A model generated the notes under the pieces. It saw only the letters and a list, made by a program, of their open reading frames with translations, did not search any database and was not told the DNA's origin. From Heteronotia binoei (lineage: Eukaryota), in NCBI RefSeq assembly GCF_032191835.1, contig NC_083223.1:46438001-46502000 (forward strand): a stretch of 64,000 nt of DNA, given 5' to 3'. This document shows, one piece after another, positions 59,677-64,000 of this stretch; the first letter of the stretch is position 1, and each line of letters opens with the position of its first letter. A program made the translations under genes and the position numbers.

Positions 59677-60420
59677 AGTTTGTGGTTGTGTAGTGGCTTG
59701 AGATGCGACAGGTCCATTTCCTTAGCTTCTGTGACCTTCCTGAGGTCAAACAGGAAGGCTGTATTTGCATATGTGCAATCCTGGTTACCAGATAAAATAT
59801 AGGTTCCACTAAGACCCACTTAGTATATGTTGGCCTCCTCTTCAAATACAATAAAATATGACTGTGGGCTGTGCAAGTGCTCTCAAGATGGTGCTGCAAT
59901 CTGTGGTGAGGTCTTAGCAGAAAGCAGGCTAAATAAAAGAAGCCTCATGTGATCCAGATGGTAAAAAAACGGCTATATTATAAAGATGAAACGACATGTT
60001 ATGGGAGGGATCTGCAATGTTCCAATGTATTTTTAAACCTTTAAAAATAGTAATAGGTAATCCAATTTGGACTGAGGTCATGGCACTGAGGAGGGGGATT
60101 TAACCCTCGCCTGAGTTATTTTTCCAGTTGAAATCTTCTATTAGCACCTATTTGGGGATGGAAATAGGTACAATAGTGGTAATATCATATGTAGTCTGAC
60201 CTTGAGAATTAGCCATCCAGGATAATAGTCGTCAAGGGCACCTTCAAAGCTAACATTTTTCTAAGCATGTGAATCTAACTTGAAAGTTTGTCACATGAAA
60301 GAAGTACAATATCACTGTCCGAATGTGAATAATGAATGTTATGGTGGGAAAAACTGCTTGAATATAGGCCTAACAGATAGATGTGAGTTATATTAAGTGG
60401 ATAAATTTATTAGATTTGAT

Positions 60421-60616
60421 TATATTAAGACTTCAGTGTAGCTTTAAGTCAAGGTTGTTAATTAGTTTGTGTTTTAATTTAAGGATTTAAGCATGTTCTG
60501 ACTCTCATGTTGTTTGAGCATGGAGCCAAGGGTAAGTGGTATAGAGCATGATTATATTCTTGAATTTAAAAAAAACTAACAACCTTGACTTAAAGTTACA
60601 CTGCAGTCTTAATATA
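60421..60616. mobile_element. AT-rich MITE with about 40-bp TIRs
   Basis: TATATTAAGACTTCAGTGTAGCTTTAAGTCAAGGTTGTTA versus TAACAACCTTGACTTAAAGTTACACTGCAGTCTTAATATA (2 mismatches); TA at both ends. Confidence 0.75.
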
Positions 60617-61412
60617 AAGCAGTTTCATTACACTTCTGGATAGTATACTGAATTCAGCATCAGGCTGGTGAGACCTGGGTTCAAATATCAGTTCAGGTGT
60701 AAATTTTATGGAGTACCCTTAAGCCAGTTCTCATTTCTCTTCTGGTTTATGGTGTCCACATATGGTTCCTTGGAAGGAAGGTAACTAATGTGATAGACAG
60801 ACAGGACATAACATATCAAAATGATGAGATATTTTTTAAAAAGAAATCTGATTCATATTGCAAATGAGTAATGGAAGTATAATTTAATCCTGAAGAGGAA
60901 ATATCAATTTTCAGCTGTAGCAGGACTTCTGGAGCTCTTCCATGAGTAAACAGAAGCTCTTGGGGAGAACAGAATTGCTGGCAGCAATACAAATATTTCA
61001 CACTCGTGCTGCTTGACATAATGTTCAAGCAGCTTTACTTGTCTGTTTGTGGAAGCTGCTATGGGTTCGTTTCAGTGAGCATGCCAGCTGCCATCTGGTG
61101 TCCAAGCCGAATTTGCACAGCAGAAAATAAAACACAAGCAGATACACTGTTTTATGTTTTATCTTCAAACAAATACATGAAACAGCAATTTAACAGGATT
61201 CAACCTGTTTGGACTTCAATACTAAAAGAGCATTGTTGATCAACTATCTATTTTAGACCAATTCAGAGGGAACCAAACGATCCTTATTTTCAATGCTCCA
61301 GCCTTAGGTACTTCTAGCATGCAGAATAACCACCGAGTTCAGGGCAAATGTATATGCAAAAAAACCCCTTGATTAAAATATATTCATTTATTTACTTTGT
61401 TTATAGCCTACC

Positions 61413-61683
61413 TGTTGTGTATGTGGGCTCAAGCATATGTTCCTTGACCGTGTTCCTGCCTGGCTGATTGGACTGAGCTTGGGGACTCTAGAACAATGGG
61501 AAGTAGGATCCAAATCCCTGCTGCCCTGGTCCAACCAGAAGCCCCCTGCTGGTTCAAACGATCCAATGGTGTTGGCCCAGTTTTCCAGTCTTCTAGTTCA
61601 GCGGTTACCATGTTGTAATCAATAAAGAGAGCTATGATCACTGCCACCACATCTCTTCTATGCACTAAACCCACTATATTATA
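61413..61683 (+). mobile_element. Possible old solo LTR
   Basis: Starts TGTTGTG, contains CAATAAAGAGAGCTATGATC; no clean CA end or TSD. Confidence 0.35.
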
Positions 61684-62789
61684 CTTACTGAGACTCAAGA
61701 CAGGTTACAGAATATTTTAAAAATGCAGCTGGACATCATAACACTTCTGACGAACAGTGCAATAGGACTAGGATTATGGAATTAGAAAATAGCACAAACA
61801 GTCTAGGGCAAGATATACCATAAACAAGGCAGAAAGTGGTCCCATCCTGGATAACCTATGGGGAACAAACTACATGTTAATGGGTTAGTTGGCCGGGACT
61901 GAAGATCCATGATACCTTCTTTTGAAATCTACAAATCTTTATGACAGCTTTTGAAGGAATCATTGCAGGGAGGAGGACAACTGAAGCTTGGATTTATTTC
62001 CTCTTGAAAGGAGTACTGGTATTGTGAACACCGGTTGGTGAGAGACAAATGACTTTATATTGTAGGAGGACTACGGTCCCAGTTTACAAGGACATTTACA
62101 GTTAGCGACATATGGTGCTGTATGAATGATTTTGTAATTAATTATTTGAATATATGAATTAAGTATATGGATTGAAATTACGTTTAGATTGTTTATAAAT
62201 GAAAATATTGTATACGTTTTAAATTAGTTCATTGTGGTTGTGATAGTCTGAGGGCTTTGTTTGACTTTGCTCTGTATATCATCACAATTCTCCCAGTATT
62301 TGGTGGCACATGGCAGAATGACATGTTTTTGTGCCTCTACCACTCCAAGAACATTTTCAGCCAGGTGACTGTGGGAATACGCAACTCCTCTGATGTATAT
62401 CATTAAGTTAACTAAGTATCACAAACCAGCATAGTCCCTTGATTCTTGAAAGTTAGAAATCTGTCTCACATTTATAGTCATATCTTTTTATTAGAATGAT
62501 TCATACCTTGCAAGTTAAACGTAAATCACACAAGTTAGAAGTTAAGCTAGTAAGAAAGCAATCACTGAATAAAAACAACATATTTATTTCTACTGAAAGC
62601 AGATGGGCTTTCAATTCTGTTTAGTGTATTACTTGCTGTAGAACAGTCAAATATTGTGCCTCAACTAGTAGCATAAAGAAAGTGATATTTTCTACAAAAT
62701 AACCAAAATAAAAAGTTGACATGCTTTTGACCATCAAAAACTTCCACATTGACTTAAAAATAACCACAAGAGATAAAGTTCTTGGAGAA

Positions 62790-62900
62790 GGTCTTGGCCT
62801 CTGTGCTGTTTGCTAACTTCCCAGGGCAACTAGTTGTCTACTGTGTGAAACAGTATGCTGAACTAGATAGATCATTCATTTGATTCAGAAGAGCTGTTTT
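62790..62900 (+). mobile_element. CR1 3' end fragment
   Basis: GGCCTCTGTGCTG...CTACTGTGTGAAACAGTATGCTGAACTAGAT resembles the reptile CR1 3' UTR as recalled. Confidence 0.5.
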
Positions 62901-63316
62901 TTAAAATTGTATGTGGTTTCCCCCCCTGAATATACCATTTATGAACAATGTTGATTAATTTGAAAAAGATATAATTCTTCTTGCATATAAAACATGATTG
63001 CACTTACTTACAGGTAAGTGTCTGTGTAGGCACACGTGGAACTGCACATGCGCAGACCAGCCACAGAAATTCATTTTGCAAGATTCCAGCAGTTTTGAGA
63101 AGCTTTAGAGTGCTCCCCCCTCCCCTCCGTCTTGAGCTGAGAATGGAAATCCTTCTACTGAAATGGTCATGTGATGGAGGCAAAGATAAGAGATCTTCCC
63201 TCAGTTCTTCCTTCATCGCAGTGGAGCTACAGCCCCTGGATGACCACTACAGCCCACAGCAGGGAAGGAGGTGTGTGCCTGCAGAAACAACACTTGATGA
63301 ACAATAGTTAAAGGTA

Positions 63317-63432
63317 TGATTTTATTGATATGTAACTATTTTATTGTATTTATTGTACTGATTTAATATTGTTGGAAGCCGCTCTGAGCTGTTTTCGGAG
63401 GTGTGGGGTATAACTGTTCAGAAATAAATAAA
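63317..63432 (+). mobile_element. L2 3' tail inserted into the DIRS1 terminal repeat
   Basis: AAGCCGCTCTGAGC...GGGGTATAA...(AAAT)n; duplicated TAAAGGTA at 63309-63316 and 63433-63440. Confidence 0.75.
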
Positions 63433-63754
63433 TAAAGGTAAGTGCAACCATGTTTTCATCATTGTGTCTACTGTAGTGTCCCCCATGGGAGATTAGTGAG
63501 CTCACTTACAGATGAAGGTGGGTGTGGACTGTAATACTGCTGTCCCAACCATTGCTTCTTTTCCACACTTCTTCTGAGTCCATATCAACCAAATAGTGTT
63601 TGACAAAGGTAGACGGAGATGACCATGTTGCAGCCCTGCAAATGTCTTGAGTGTTGACTCTGGAAGCAAAAGCCAGCTGAGGAAGCCTATGCTCTGGTCG
63701 AGTGAACCTTCAGCGGCAGCCAGAAATCTACTTTAGCTTTCTTATAGGCTATGC

Positions 63755-63861
63755 CAGGACTTTTTTCGTAGAAGAAGCCCAGCAGGAACTCATTTGTATA
63801 TGAGGTCACACCCCTGATGCCAAGCCAGCCGGAGCTGCGTTCCTGCTCCAAAAAAGCCCTG
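63755..63861 (+). mobile_element. hAT MITE, CAGGGCTTTTTT family, inside the DIRS1 YR
   Basis: Family ends; 8-bp TSD GGCTATGC/GGTTATGC. Confidence 0.85.
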
Positions 63862-64000
63862 GGTTATGCAGATTGCTGATACCACCAAGACAGAGGCTAT
63901 GAGCAGACTGTCTTTCCTTTATTCTGTCCCTTAAAGAACACAAGCAGGTGCTTATTTTTCTTAAAAGTGCTTGTACTCTGCAAATAAAATTGTAATGTTC

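Larger units (their letters stand above)
62990..64000 (-). mobile_element. DIRS1-type retrotransposon 3' end (tyrosine recombinase C-terminus and terminal repeats), runs off the window
   Basis: Minus strand LKVHSTRA*ASSA, QDICRAATWSSPSTFVKHYLVD, KNKHLLVFFKGQNKGK; terminal motif GCACTTACCT-TAAC and complementary TTACAGGTAAGTG at 63008. Confidence 0.8.

Overview
Vertebrate genomic DNA. The repeat content (Sauria-type SINEs, MIR/Squam3-like SINEs, L2, CR1, Penelope, Ngaro) points to a squamate reptile, probably a gecko; that assignment is inference. The only recognisable host gene is the single-exon potassium channel modifier KCNF1 (Kv5.1) on the minus strand at 9340-10803. The rest is intergenic and rich in transposable elements. 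These include a degenerate but nearly complete Ngaro-type tyrosine-recombinase retrotransposon (gag, RT/RNase H, YR, SGNH hydrolase), two L2 LINEs (one with an uninterrupted endonuclease+RT frame), and a nested hAT/Gypsy/L2/solo-LTR composite. Also present are CR1, an internally deleted L1, Penelope remnants with minimal hammerhead ribozymes, a DIRS1 fragment and many MITEs and SINEs. The most striking observation is a phase-matched splice donor in Ngaro gag and acceptor in front of the ATG-less SGNH ORF, predicting a spliced Gag-N/hydrolase fusion protein. Other highlights are a 5.8-kb cargo bounded by hAT ends with one perfect 8-bp TSD, an L2 inserted exactly between an LTR and its tRNA-Ser PBS, and a 329-bp palindrome made of two inverted hammerhead-bearing Penelope ends. 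All family names come from motif recognition by eye, not database searches. Two N gaps limit interpretation.
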